NCBI GenBank assembly: GCA_963785235.1
Contig: CAWAUM010000005.1
Span: 512,001 to 576,000 of the forward strand
Reading direction: 5' to 3'
Length of the DNA: 64,000 nt
DNA from: an uncultured delta proteobacterium
Lineage (GTDB): Bacteria; Desulfobacterota; Desulfomonilia; UBA1062
Positions 1 through 11,884 of the stretch are shown here, in pieces (position 1 is the stretch's first letter; each line of letters opens with the position of its first letter). The notes below the pieces were generated by a model. The model was not told the DNA's origin. It worked only from the letters and a program-made list of their open reading frames with translations, and did no database searches. A program made the position numbers and the translations under genes.

Positions 1-2
1 GC

Positions 3-1196
<1,194 letters not shown>

Positions 1197-1225
1197 TAAG
1201 AAGTAAATAAAAAAGAAACTCTAGG

Positions 1226-1265
1226 CGCCACCCCATCACAATTGATGGGGTGGCGTTTTATTTTC
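1226..1265 (+). terminator. Rho-independent terminator
   Basis: CGCCACCCCATCA-caat-TGATGGGGTGGCG followed by a T-rich tract. Confidence 0.85.
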
Positions 1266-1351
1266 ATAATTTCTATTTTTTCCCCCTTTTCAAAATATGT
1301 TGTTGCCATTATAGGTGTCTAGACTGAATCATAAAGATGTAAGGGAATATT

Positions 1352-3196
1352 ATGAGGAAGTGGAAAGAAAAAGTTGTTACCCCATCTGATGTCATGGAAA
1401 AGATCGAACCCGGCATGAAGATCTTTCTTGGCACAGGGGCTGCTGAACCCAGGACCCTTGTCAAACACCTCATGAACTCTGATCTGTCAAACTTACAAGA
1501 CCTTGAGCTGATCCAACTCGTGTGCCTTGGTGATCTCATTACCATGAAGGAGTTGCAGACCCAGAAGTTCAGACTGAAGACCTTTTTCTCCGGATGGGCA
1601 GCGAGCGGTGCCATAACTGAGGGGCATGTTGACCTAATCCCAAGCCGGTTTACCCGTATTCCAGCGCTTATCGAATCAGGCCAACTCCCTATTAATGCCG
1701 TTTTTATCCAAGTGACACCACCTAATGAGGCCGGATATGTCAGTCTCGGCGTATCAGTTGATGTGGCAAGACAGGCCATTGAACGCGCAGAACTGGTGGT
1801 TGGAGAGATCAATACCAAAGTTCCCTATACCTTTGGTGATACATTTATCTCTGTGAGTGAATTTGATTTTCTCATAAACTCAGAGGATGACCCCCTGTAT
1901 TTTGCCAGATGGCCTGTTGATGATATATTTGATCAGGTAGCCTTAAATATAGCCTCAGTTGTTGAAGACGGCAGCTGCATTTCATTTTCCATTGGTCCTA
2001 TTTATGAGGCCTTGGGCAAGCATCTTGTGCATAAAAAGAACTTGGGAATCCATTCCCCTTTCATTACAGATGCCCTTATGGAACTGATAGACAGCGGAGC
2101 AGTGACAAACAGAAACAAAGGTATCTATAGGGGAAAATCCCTTGTCTCATATGCCTTTGGCACAAAAAATCTCATGCACTGGCTTGACAAGAACCCACTG
2201 GTTGAATTCCAGGGTATAGATCTCGTCTTCAATCCGGTCCAGATAGGCCAGAATCCGCGTTTTATGTCCATAATACCGGCCCGGAAAGTTGATATTTCCG
2301 GGCGTATTGCACTTCATACCGGAAAGGGTGCTGTTGCCACCACCCCGGGTGAGGCCATGGATTTTATCAATGGAGCAGAGCTTTCCAAGGGAGGCTGTGT
2401 AATCTTTGCCCTTCCTAGCAGGAATCTCAAGGGTAGTCCTAATATTCTCCTCTCCGTTGAAGAACTCCCCAACCTTCTCGGATTCAGAGAATCCGTGGAC
2501 ATGGTGATTACTGAATACGGAGTAGCCAACCTGAGGGGGAGAACCGTTCGCGAGCGGGCCCAGGCCCTCATTGATGTGGCACACCCGGACGACAGGGAAC
2601 GCCTTGTAGAGGAAGGGAAGAATAAAAATATTCTCTACCCCGACCAGATCTTCCTACCTCAATGCACAACCTTGTACCCTGCCGATATAACAGCAAGACA
2701 TAAATTCAAAGGTGGTATAGAAATAAGATTCCGCCACATCAAACCTTCTGATGAAGAAGAGATGCGCCGCCTCTTCTATCGTTTTTCCGATCAGACTGTT
2801 TATTATCGCTACTTCAGTCCCATAAAAACCATGCCCCATGCAAAGATGCAGCAGTACGTAAATGTTGACTGTAACCGCATATTGTCTATCGTAGCCCTGA
2901 TAGGCCCTCTGGATCAGGAGCACATTATTGCAGAGGCACGTTTTGTCAAAGACAGAAACCGGCCTTATGGTGATGTCGCCTTTGTCGTGGATGAAGAGTA
3001 TCAAGGCCTTGGGATTGCATCATATCTGTTTGAAATGCTCATACGGCTTGCCAAGGAACGTGGACTTCAGGGATTTATAGCTGACGTGCTAGCCTCGAAC
3101 AAGTCCATGTTAAAGGTCTTCGAAAAATCAGGCCTCCCGGTGAAGTCAAGTCTGTCAAGCGGGGCATATGAGATCACCATGCCTTTTAATGAATAG
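1352..3196 (+). CDS. Acetyl-CoA hydrolase/transferase-family domain fused to a C-terminal GNAT acetyltransferase
   Basis: N-terminal 4-hydroxybutyrate CoA-transferase-like region (VITEYGVANLRG, ALIDVAHPD); C-terminal GNAT (VAFVVDEEYQGLGIAS, N..ML.VFEK). Confidence 0.9.
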   Translation: MRKWKEKVVTPSDVMEKIEPGMKIFLGTGAAEPRTLVKHLMNSDLSNLQDLELIQLVCLGDLITMKELQTQKFRLKTFFSGWAASGAITEGHVDLIPSRFTRIPALIESGQLPINAVFIQVTPPNEAGYVSLGVSVDVARQAIERAELVVGEINTKVPYTFGDTFISVSEFDFLINSEDDPLYFARWPVDDIFDQVALNIASVVEDGSCISFSIGPIYEALGKHLVHKKNLGIHSPFITDALMELIDSGAVTNRNKGIYRGKSLVSYAFGTKNLMHWLDKNPLVEFQGIDLVFNPVQIGQNPRFMSIIPARKVDISGRIALHTGKGAVATTPGEAMDFINGAELSKGGCVIFALPSRNLKGSPNILLSVEELPNLLGFRESVDMVITEYGVANLRGRTVRERAQALIDVAHPDDRERLVEEGKNKNILYPDQIFLPQCTTLYPADITARHKFKGGIEIRFRHIKPSDEEEMRRLFYRFSDQTVYYRYFSPIKTMPHAKMQQYVNVDCNRILSIVALIGPLDQEHIIAEARFVKDRNRPYGDVAFVVDEEYQGLGIASYLFEMLIRLAKERGLQGFIADVLASNKSMLKVFEKSGLPVKSSLSSGAYEITMPFNE

Positions 3197-3256
3197 TGGT
3201 GAGTTGGGCGAGAAGATAAGATCTATTACTCAAACTCACTCTACCAACCTTCACTT

Positions 3257-5116
3257 TCATTCACCTGCCTGTGCAAGTCTCTCCTCAAATTCCGCCTGGT
3301 GCTTCTCAAATAGGGGTTGCATTTTCTCAAGCTCGGCAAAGTTTGCCTCAATAGCCTGTTCACTTTCAAGAATGGCATGGGAGATCTCAAATATCTTTTT
3401 CCCATCCTTACTCATGGTTGCGTTCTGTATCTGCACATGAAGTTCTTTAAGGATATTCTCATGCCGGTCAATTTCGCCTTCAGCCTTGGCTATCCTTTTT
3501 TCAATAGGGCTCAATACCTTGGAACGTTCAGTGATGATCTCAGAACGTTTCTTTCTCAACTCCTTCTTATTTGTTTTACCTTCTCCGGGATCTGAGAGTC
3601 CTTCTCTTTTCGCTATTGGCTGGATTACCTCTTCGTCTTCCCAGCCACCCTTATCGAGAAATCGCTGATAACCGCCTTCAAAGATCTCTATAGAATCATG
3701 GTAGAATATTATGAGTCTTTCGGCCAGTGCGTGGAGGAACATTTCGTTATGGGTAACCATGACAACTGCCCCGTCAAAGCTATCAAGGGCTGCTAGCAGG
3801 GCATCGCTTGTCTCCATATCGAGATGGTTTGTAGGTTCGTCAAGCAGCAGGAGATTGACCGGTGTCACCAAAAGTTTGCCCAGCATCACCCTGCTCTTCT
3901 CGCCTCCTGAGAGTACCTCGATCTTTTTTAGAGCAGAATCACCCTCGAACATTATGGCGCCGCAAATGTTGCGTACCGACTGCCTGTCAAGATCACCACC
4001 TGCATAAAATATTTCATCCTCAACAGTTCGTGAGTCAACAAGGGTCTTCATGTTTGTTTGCTCATAAACACCCTTTATAGTTTTAGGATTATTGATGATC
4101 TCTCCATTATTGGGCTTCAGTTGGCCTGCAAGCAATCTAAGCAGGGTTGTTTTCCCTTTCCCGTTTGGTCCTATGATGCAAACCTTTTCTCCTGGACGTA
4201 TAACAATGTTGAAGTCCTTTATGAGTTCGATTTCCGGGTTGTAGGAGAAAGATAGGTCATTGGCCTGTTGTGCATATTTTGCATAGAAGGGTGTACCCCG
4301 GAAAGAGAACTCCAATGTCTTGATTTTTTCCAGTTTCTCTTTCCTATCCATCTTGCCGAGAAGTTTAATCCTTGATTGAACAAGCCCGACGAGCCGGGCC
4401 TTGGCCCTGAAATGGGCTATGAACTCTTCAACCTCCTTGCGTTTGCGATCATCATTGACACGCGTCTTTTCATATATCTCTTCTTCCTGGGCAATCTGAT
4501 TATAGAACTTCTCGGTGCCTCCCTCTATCTTGCGCATCTTTCTTCGGTGTATACCCATGGTGTGTGTGACTATCCTATCCATAAAGGTCCGATCATGGGT
4601 GATAAGGATCAGCTCTCGCGGCCAGGTATTGAGGAAGCGCTCTATCCAGCGGATAGAGGTAATGTCCAGGTAGTTGGTAGGCTCGTCCAAAAGAAGAAGG
4701 TCCGGATCTGATACAAGGACCTTTGCCAGATTGAGCCTCACCTGAAAGCCTCCGGAAAACTCGCTTGGGTGACGGTCCATGTCATGTGTGGAGAAGCCAA
4801 GACCGGCCAGGACCTTTTCCACCTTCCAGTGCTGCTCTTTTTGGGTCGCAGGAAGACCTTTCATCCCCTCTTTGAGTACAGACTCCTGGGTGAATCCAAG
4901 CTGCTGAGTAACATAGCCGATCCGGTAGTTTTTGGGTATCACAATGGACCCGGCATCAGGCTCATCTTCACCGGTGATAAGACGCAGTAACGTTGTCTTC
5001 CCATGGCCATTGCGGCCCACGAGTCCAACACGTTCTTTAGGATTTATCTTGAAGCTGATCCCTTCGAAGAGCACCTGGGGTCCATAGCTCTTCCAGAGAT
5101 TATCAATGCTGATCAT
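3257..5116 (-). CDS. ABC-F family ATP-binding protein
   Basis: Two ABC cassettes (GRNGHGKT/FSGG/LLLDEPTN and GPNGKGKT/LSGGEK/LLLDEPTNHLD), no TM segments, C-terminal coiled coil. Confidence 0.95.
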   Translation of the reverse strand: MISIDNLWKSYGPQVLFEGISFKINPKERVGLVGRNGHGKTTLLRLITGEDEPDAGSIVIPKNYRIGYVTQQLGFTQESVLKEGMKGLPATQKEQHWKVEKVLAGLGFSTHDMDRHPSEFSGGFQVRLNLAKVLVSDPDLLLLDEPTNYLDITSIRWIERFLNTWPRELILITHDRTFMDRIVTHTMGIHRRKMRKIEGGTEKFYNQIAQEEEIYEKTRVNDDRKRKEVEEFIAHFRAKARLVGLVQSRIKLLGKMDRKEKLEKIKTLEFSFRGTPFYAKYAQQANDLSFSYNPEIELIKDFNIVIRPGEKVCIIGPNGKGKTTLLRLLAGQLKPNNGEIINNPKTIKGVYEQTNMKTLVDSRTVEDEIFYAGGDLDRQSVRNICGAIMFEGDSALKKIEVLSGGEKSRVMLGKLLVTPVNLLLLDEPTNHLDMETSDALLAALDSFDGAVVMVTHNEMFLHALAERLIIFYHDSIEIFEGGYQRFLDKGGWEDEEVIQPIAKREGLSDPGEGKTNKKELRKKRSEIITERSKVLSPIEKRIAKAEGEIDRHENILKELHVQIQNATMSKDGKKIFEISHAILESEQAIEANFAELEKMQPLFEKHQAEFEERLAQAGE

Positions 5117-5177
5117 GCGCCTAGATTATATAAACATCGCCTTGCGTCAAGCGCGATCTGCACCCTATGGTAAAATG

Positions 5178-5810
5178 CTATTTACAAGAATATCCGACCA
5201 GTACTTGTGTGCCATCCGGGCCTACAATGACACCCCTTCCACTGAAGTAAATAAGGACCCCGGCCCCCCATTGCATTTCCAACGGGTACTCCGGATCATC
5301 ACATGCAGCCTTATAACCTCTGCCAATATCACTTGGGGGAATGCCAATATAGGTCTTATCTAAAAACCAGCTCGAATGACGCCTAGGATCGGAAGGTTGC
5401 CCTTTTACCAACCATGATGGAAAGACCTTTACAAAACCGGTATCTTGGCATCGGATAGCTTTTAATTTAGCCCTGATATCGGCTGTGTGAGTTCCATGAC
5501 TATTCTTGGCTAAATAGTTCGAATAGCCAATAACCGTTCCATCTTCCTTTGCCTTTTCGTAGAAAAATGTTTCCAGTTTTATTTGGGCCTGCTCAGAGAA
5601 GGGGCTATTTGGATGTTTCTGCAAATACTTTTGATATGCTTTTATTGTATCAATATTGCGGGCCTCTTCCCAGTCAACTTTGGTTGTCGAACAGCCCATG
5701 GATATAAAAAGAATAAGCACGATTAGATTCCATCTTAGAATTGACAACCTATCTACCCTCCATGCTGAATAATTCCTTATGCATCTATTCGGTGAAAAAA
5801 ACAATCCCAT
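5178..5810 (-). CDS. Hypothetical lipoprotein with helical Y..YL..P repeats
   Basis: Hydrophobic stretch ending in lipobox-like ISMGC; repeats AYQKYLQKHPNS and GYSNYLAKNSHG; start codon uncertain. Confidence 0.6.
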   Translation of the reverse strand: MGLFFSPNRCIRNYSAWRVDRLSILRWNLIVLILFISMGCSTTKVDWEEARNIDTIKAYQKYLQKHPNSPFSEQAQIKLETFFYEKAKEDGTVIGYSNYLAKNSHGTHTADIRAKLKAIRCQDTGFVKVFPSWLVKGQPSDPRRHSSWFLDKTYIGIPPSDIGRGYKAACDDPEYPLEMQWGAGVLIYFSGRGVIVGPDGTQVLVGYSCK

Positions 5811-5920
5811 GAGAATGGTATTCTATAAAAATATGATCCGATGACGAATGAGCACTTGAAAAAATACTGCGTCGACCTCACATATAGAGCAGCAACAGAC
5901 TATATCAGAATCTCCTCTTC

Positions 5921-5949
5921 GGGGGGCTGCAAGGGCTCCCCATTTTTTT
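5921..5949 (+). terminator. Plus-strand terminator with no plus-strand CDS upstream (possible sRNA 3' end)
   Basis: GGGGGGCT-gcaag-GGCTCCCC then A and T7; the G-U pairs only form on the + strand. Confidence 0.55.
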
Positions 5950-5992
5950 ATCACAATGCCTGGTTCAGTTCATCTCCTCAGGCCAAAGACAG

Positions 5993-7117
5993 TTATCTCA
6001 ATGCAATCTGCAAAATGGGCCATTTCCTGTCCATATCTTCCGGGCTGGTGATGCATCGAAAGATCCGAGTCCTGAGACTGGAAAAAATGAGGTTATGCAG
6101 CCTTAATGAACGAACGTGTGGGCTGGATTTTATAGTTTTCTCGAATTTCTTTCTACTATCTTGTGTCCACCCACCTGAGCGCATAACGTCGGCAGCAAGC
6201 AAACCTGCTGTATAGCCGATAAGAAAAGATGTCTTTATGCCACTACCGCCTCTTGCCTGGACATGGCCCCGTGCATCTCCTGCCATAACAAGCCCCTGTC
6301 GTGGAGAGAAGGGATAGAGAATCCCACCCATAGGGAGGCAGGTCTCAAGTTCATAGAAGGTCTGGGTTCCTTCCAGCAGCTTCCCAAATTCAGGATGAAA
6401 ATAACTGAATTCATCAAAGGCAGGTTGAACGCGGTTTCCCATCGAGGTGTCAAGCAATATGAATTCAGCCTCCCCTCCTCCCCGCGGGAACATAGTCCCG
6501 ACCACAATACCTTCGGGCTTGATATGGAAATGATACTCAAGCTGTCTTTCCTGGCCTGTATATCCTCTTACGAGACGCTTTATTACAGGCCTATCCATAC
6601 CGCTACGATCCTGTCTTATGTGATGCGAAGCAGGATCATTGCAGCCTCCACATGAAAAAACAACGTCTGCCAGGAACTCTTGCGGCACACCGTCCTTAGA
6701 TGCCATTACTCCACCTACAATCCCCGAGTGTTCAAGGAGGGCGTCAACATGGAGGCCTGTAAGGAATCTTACCCCTGAGTTTTCTGCCAGGCCGGCAATC
6801 TCATTGATAAGGTCAGGCCAAGAAAAAATGATATTGGGGTTTTTGATCGCACGCTCAATTTGGCATTTGCCTGTATGGGAGAAGTATCGGCGCTGGTGTA
6901 CCTTTCTGATAGCTATACGTTCGAAGAAACCATGACCGAGTATCTCTTCCATATGCATATCTGCACGAATGGTCTCTCCTCTACGGACCAAGCCTAATTT
7001 TTCCTGCTGCTCAATAACTGTCACGGCAATTCCCTTGCGTGCGAGGCCTAGGGAAGCACCCAGGCCGGCAGGTCCGGCACCGATAATAACAGCCTTTAAG
7101 TATGATCTGGCGTTCAT
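5993..7117 (-). CDS. FAD-dependent oxidoreductase, geranylgeranyl reductase-like
   Basis: IIGAGPAG Rossmann motif; LVMAGDARGHV..RGGSGI C-terminal FAD motif. Confidence 0.85.
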   Translation of the reverse strand: MNARSYLKAVIIGAGPAGLGASLGLARKGIAVTVIEQQEKLGLVRRGETIRADMHMEEILGHGFFERIAIRKVHQRRYFSHTGKCQIERAIKNPNIIFSWPDLINEIAGLAENSGVRFLTGLHVDALLEHSGIVGGVMASKDGVPQEFLADVVFSCGGCNDPASHHIRQDRSGMDRPVIKRLVRGYTGQERQLEYHFHIKPEGIVVGTMFPRGGGEAEFILLDTSMGNRVQPAFDEFSYFHPEFGKLLEGTQTFYELETCLPMGGILYPFSPRQGLVMAGDARGHVQARGGSGIKTSFLIGYTAGLLAADVMRSGGWTQDSRKKFEKTIKSSPHVRSLRLHNLIFSSLRTRIFRCITSPEDMDRKWPILQIALR

Positions 7118-7121
7118 CTTC

Positions 7122-8207
7122 TCATAATCCTCTCATATGATTTGCGAGCCAACTCTCAGAGTTCTCAGCCTTCTTCAAGAGGGTCTTGAAATGATCAAGA
7201 CAGTTCTTTCGAATAAACTCATCCAGATCTTTGTACTCGGTTGGAATTGGCAATACGGAAGCTGTTAATTCCAATTTATTAATAAGGCTTATTGCAGCAC
7301 GCGTAGCATCAATTTGTTGTTCACTGCTGCCCAGAGCCAGTATGAAATGCCTTGTCCCGAGAAAGGCGGCTGTCTGAATCTGTCCGGCTTTCACCCCGGC
7401 GTTTCCAATACCGATGACAGGCTTCAATCTGGCCTGGTCCAGGAGCAGGGCATCAAAGAATCCTTCTACTACAATGATCTCTTCCTGGCCGCGTGACCGG
7501 TACATGAGAAACGGGATATCATTCAGGCATGAGAAGTCGGTCAGTAAACTGTAGGAGGCAGAACCATCGGTCCTGACATCCTTGTGTATAATTCCCATGA
7601 GCCGCCCCGATGCATCTCGGTATGGTATAGCAAGCCCCGGTGAATCAGGACCGGCTTTCCATAGCCGGGAAAGGGTGCTCTCAAGATGACCCTGGTTGAA
7701 ACCCTGGTTGAGAAGACCTTGCATTGTCTTGGAAAAACCGGGGTAATAACCAAGAGACATACCCTCTACTTCAGACATAGAGTACCCTCGGTTATAGAGA
7801 TAGTGAAGGACTTCCTCTCCCGGCTTTGACCATAGTTGCGTAATGTATAGATCCATGGCAGACTCGAGTATCTTGGTCCGGAACAGTTCAGTCTCCCACT
7901 GTTCCTCACTATAATCCCTGATCGATATGTCACAAGCGCGTTCAAGGGTTTTTAAGGCATCATGAAAAGATAGACCTTCCTTTTGCTTGAGGTATTTGAT
8001 CCAATCTCCCCGGTTACTACACGCAAAGCAGAAACATTCGGGTCTGTCGCCATAAATAAGCAATGTGGGCAACGGATCTTTATGGAAGGGACAGCATGAA
8101 ATAAAGCCGGTACCTTTTCGCTGGAACAACCCAAGCCCGCCGAAGAGCGTCTGCTGATATTCTCTATTAATCAGGGTTGCATACACCTTCTCTATTGAGG
8201 ACAGCAT
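7122..8207 (-). CDS. DnaG-like CHC2 zinc finger/TOPRIM protein, degenerate primase paralogue
   Basis: CPFH...CFAC zinc finger, VVEGFFD, KDLDEF; DxD position reads GSS; no helicase-binding C-terminus. Confidence 0.8.
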   Translation of the reverse strand: MLSSIEKVYATLINREYQQTLFGGLGLFQRKGTGFISCCPFHKDPLPTLLIYGDRPECFCFACSNRGDWIKYLKQKEGLSFHDALKTLERACDISIRDYSEEQWETELFRTKILESAMDLYITQLWSKPGEEVLHYLYNRGYSMSEVEGMSLGYYPGFSKTMQGLLNQGFNQGHLESTLSRLWKAGPDSPGLAIPYRDASGRLMGIIHKDVRTDGSASYSLLTDFSCLNDIPFLMYRSRGQEEIIVVEGFFDALLLDQARLKPVIGIGNAGVKAGQIQTAAFLGTRHFILALGSSEQQIDATRAAISLINKLELTASVLPIPTEYKDLDEFIRKNCLDHFKTLLKKAENSESWLANHMRGL

Positions 8208-8277
8208 GGTAATCCTTTTCTAAGGGTTCTAAATAATATCATTTTCAATAAAAGGGTTTTAGAGAAAAAGCAAGACT

Positions 8278-11200
8278 TCAGCCATCCAATACTTTTCGAA
8301 GCTTATCGGTGAGAATGTTGACGGAAAAGGGTTTCTGTATGAAATCCACCCCTTGTTCAAGAATGCCATGATGGGCAATCACATCGTCGGTATATCCCGA
8401 CATATAGATTACCTTCAATACCGGGTATGAGCCCTTGAGCCTTTCATAGAGCTCCGGTCCGTTAAGCCCCGGCATGATGACATCGGTAAGCAGAAGGTCG
8501 ATGGAGCCATCATACTCTTGGATTGATTGTAAAAGCTCATCGGTGTTGCTTGCGGTTAACACATTATATCCGCTCATTGTGAGAATATCGAAGGCGAGTT
8601 CTCTTACCCCTTCGTTATCTTCTGCAATTACAACTGTTTCTGTACCTTCTTTGATCTTTGTTATTACTTTTGATGTGACGAGATTTTCAGGAATACCCTC
8701 CACCCGAGGCAGATAGATCTTGAAGGTCGTACCTATGCCTATCTCACTATAGACGACTATATGACCGCCATGCTGCTTGACTATGCCATAAACGGTTGCC
8801 AGGCCAAGGCCTGTTCCCTTTCCTCTTTCTTTGGTCGTAAAGAATGGCTCAAAGATGTTTTCCATGATCTTCACGTTCATGCCCGAACCGGTATCGGAAA
8901 ATGTCATGGTCACATATTCTCCGGGCAGCATATCCTGACTGGGTAATGTGTGGGTCCCATCAACAATTACATCATTAATTTCAATAATTATTGTCCCACC
9001 TTGGGACATGGCATCCTGGGCATTCACAGCAAGATTCATCAGGATCTGGCCCATCTGACCCACATCCACGCGCACAGCACCTTTACTGACGTTCTGTCTT
9101 ATCTGGATTGCTATATCCTCGCGGATTGTCCTGCGGAGCATCTTGCCATAACTTGCCACAACTTCTGCAAGATCCACTACCTTCATCTCAAGGACTTGCT
9201 TGCGGCTGAATGCAAGGAGTTCCTGGGTAAGGGTTCGTGCATTTTCTGCAGCCTTCTTGATCTGGGATAAATTGTCAAATAATGGATTATTCTCATGCAT
9301 ACCCGCCAGGATGATCTCAGCATAGCCCAGAATAGGGGAAAGCATGTTATTGAGGTCGTGAGCTATACCGCCTGCGAGCCTTCCCACAACCTCCATCTTC
9401 TGGGCCTGGAGGAGTTGGTTCTCCATCTTCAACTCTTCGGTGATGTCCCGTGCGATACCGATCACAGCCACAGGATCACCTTTCTTATTCTTCAACATGA
9501 ATGCAGACATCAGGGTAGGAAAAATCGTACCATCTTTCTTTACATGCCATAGATTGTCCCTGTGGCTGCCCTTTTCTAAAGATTTATTATTGAAAGGAAT
9601 AACCCAATTTTCCAACTGCTCTTGGGTGTGAAAGATATTGATGTGCATACCTATGACTTCGTCAGCCGTATAGCCATGCATCATTGCCCATGCACGGTTT
9701 ATATAGAGAATTTTACCCTCAAGGTCTGCCATTACAATACCATCAAGAGACTGCTCTATGGTTTCGCTATGCCGCTGGAGTATCTCTTCGGCCTTTTTCC
9801 GCTCGGTGATGTCTCTGATACTCTCTATTGCACCGGTAACATTTCCATTGCTGTCATACAGGGGCGCTGCTACTACCCAGATATATGCCCCCTTGCCTCC
9901 GTACAGATAAGGGGCAAAGGTCTCGCTGATAAGCTTATCACTGTCCTTAACGACGTAATCATATTTTTTCTCAATCTCTTTATTATCTTCTAAAATCAGA
10001 TCTGCAAGCGCAGGTCGTGCCTGGCCATAAAAAGGTATGGCATATTCATACCGGCCCTGGCTCATGATATCAATCTTGGATACGCCCGACATATCCTCCA
10101 TGGCTCGATTCCAGGCAATGATCCTGCCCTGGCGATCTATGGCAAAGGTCGCATCAGGAAGAAAATCAATGATGTCAGAGAGCCTGCGTTCCGATTCCCT
10201 CAATGCGTCCTCGGCAATCTTTGTCCCGGTGATGTCAACCGACACACTGAGTACTGCAGGGGTAGATTCATCCCAGGAGAGCAATGGGATCTTATTGGTC
10301 TGGACAAAGCGTGTATGTCCATGTGCATCCATGATCTCTTCTATGCCGATGTTCCGGGGTTGTCCGCTGTCCAAAACAGCAAGATCCTTTTCGTGCATTG
10401 TCCGGATCTCATCTGGTGAACGGACAAACGCGACATCGTTCCTTCCTATGAGCGCTTTAATTGTAGTGTCGAAAAATCCAGCCACTGCCTTGTTTACCAG
10501 GATGAATCTGCCTTCTTTATCCCTGGCATAGATATAGTGGGGTACCAGGTCAATGATCTGCCTCAGGCGCTTTTCCCCGAATTCCAGGCTCCTTTGCCGC
10601 TCATGCAGCCTTTCGATCAAAACGCTGAATTCACGCGCAAGTGTTCCGATTTCATCACTGCGCTTAGTATCAAAACCAATGGCGCCCTCTTTTGAGCCCA
10701 CGGTAAGGACGTTGTCCGTCAACTTTGACAGAGGCTTCAGGATTATGAAACTCATGAGGACGGAAACGGAAATGAGTATGATGAAACCTACACCTATAAT
10801 AAAGGCCATTCCAAGGTTATAGGCCCACCTGCCCTCTATCATGATTTCCCGGGGCATGGATGCCTTCAGGATTGATATGGATTTTCCTTCAATATCCCGC
10901 AAAAGGCTGTATGCATGCATCTCATCAGGTGTAGCCTCAATAAGCTTAACCGGCGTCCCCTTGTTCAGTGCCTTAACGATTGTCCCTAACCCTTTCGGGA
11001 GATTCGGGTCCCCTAATGACCAGGCATCGAGTTTTACACTGACCTGTTCCGAAAGGATGGACCGCATTTCCTGATTGAATAATCTTCCCATAACATAGGC
11101 GCCATGGCTTGGCCCTTTATTATTTGAGTCCAGTATGGGGTTTGAAGAGATAAAAAGAATCCCGTAACGGGTCAATATAAAACCACTGATGGACTTATCA

Positions 11201-11646
11201 GGGTTCTTCTGATTGACAATAGTATGAAATACATTCGAGCCCAGTTCGACTGAAAGATCCAGGGGTATCTCTTTACCTGTTTGAAGATCATAGGTCTTGC
11301 CCCATACCAGGCGGCCATGAGAGTCGTAAACATGCATCAGGTTCAGCTTCTGATTCTTGAATGTCTCTGCTATAAGGTTTGCTGTGATATAGGCCTTGTT
11401 TCCATCAAGGGCGAACTGGTAGGAGTCATCCCAGTTTGACCAGTCGCTGTTGAATGATTCCAGGTGCTTCACCTCCCTGTCTAATGCCGCCACGCAACGG
11501 TCCATGTTGCGCATGGCGATGCGTTGGTCGAGATTAGAAAAGCTCTTCAGTATTATAAGCCGGAATACACCGTAATATGCGATTGTCAGGATGACCATGA
11601 TTGCTACAAGAACAATCACCATCTTGCTCTTTAACTTCATCGACAA
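8278..11646 (-). CDS. Hybrid sensor histidine kinase (CHASE4-HAMP-3xPAS-HisKA-HATPase-REC)
   Basis: DWSNWDDSY (CHASE4), DEIGTLA (HAMP), three PAS/PAC units, [34 protein letters not shown] receiver. Confidence 0.95.
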   Translation of the reverse strand: MSMKLKSKMVIVLVAIMVILTIAYYGVFRLIILKSFSNLDQRIAMRNMDRCVAALDREVKHLESFNSDWSNWDDSYQFALDGNKAYITANLIAETFKNQKLNLMHVYDSHGRLVWGKTYDLQTGKEIPLDLSVELGSNVFHTIVNQKNPDKSISGFILTRYGILFISSNPILDSNNKGPSHGAYVMGRLFNQEMRSILSEQVSVKLDAWSLGDPNLPKGLGTIVKALNKGTPVKLIEATPDEMHAYSLLRDIEGKSISILKASMPREIMIEGRWAYNLGMAFIIGVGFIILISVSVLMSFIILKPLSKLTDNVLTVGSKEGAIGFDTKRSDEIGTLAREFSVLIERLHERQRSLEFGEKRLRQIIDLVPHYIYARDKEGRFILVNKAVAGFFDTTIKALIGRNDVAFVRSPDEIRTMHEKDLAVLDSGQPRNIGIEEIMDAHGHTRFVQTNKIPLLSWDESTPAVLSVSVDITGTKIAEDALRESERRLSDIIDFLPDATFAIDRQGRIIAWNRAMEDMSGVSKIDIMSQGRYEYAIPFYGQARPALADLILEDNKEIEKKYDYVVKDSDKLISETFAPYLYGGKGAYIWVVAAPLYDSNGNVTGAIESIRDITERKKAEEILQRHSETIEQSLDGIVMADLEGKILYINRAWAMMHGYTADEVIGMHINIFHTQEQLENWVIPFNNKSLEKGSHRDNLWHVKKDGTIFPTLMSAFMLKNKKGDPVAVIGIARDITEELKMENQLLQAQKMEVVGRLAGGIAHDLNNMLSPILGYAEIILAGMHENNPLFDNLSQIKKAAENARTLTQELLAFSRKQVLEMKVVDLAEVVASYGKMLRRTIREDIAIQIRQNVSKGAVRVDVGQMGQILMNLAVNAQDAMSQGGTIIIEINDVIVDGTHTLPSQDMLPGEYVTMTFSDTGSGMNVKIMENIFEPFFTTKERGKGTGLGLATVYGIVKQHGGHIVVYSEIGIGTTFKIYLPRVEGIPENLVTSKVITKIKEGTETVVIAEDNEGVRELAFDILTMSGYNVLTASNTDELLQSIQEYDGSIDLLLTDVIMPGLNGPELYERLKGSYPVLKVIYMSGYTDDVIAHHGILEQGVDFIQKPFSVNILTDKLRKVLDG

Positions 11647-11762
11647 AACTCCTGGTGTCCATCTTCATGAGTATTGTTTCGAAGATGAATAAAAGCTTCT
11701 TGTGCTCCATAGATATCATTCGGTACCTGACATGATTTACTTCAGTGAAAATGTTTTAAATA

Positions 11763-11849
11763 GGTCTGTTCAAAATCTCAATCTCGCAGCTTTAGACCGA
11801 CAAATTAAGCATGCTGCAAATACTGCGAGATTTAGGTTTTGAATAGATC
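11763..11849. repeat. 87-bp MITE-like element with 27-bp imperfect terminal inverted repeats
   Basis: GGTCTGTTCAAAATCTCAATCTCGCAG (11763-89) versus CTGCGAGATTTAGGTTTTGAATAGATC (11823-49): 23/27 complementary. Confidence 0.6.
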
Positions 11850-11884
11850 AGTTTTTTTCCTCTTCTTATACGCAATATCCGGCT

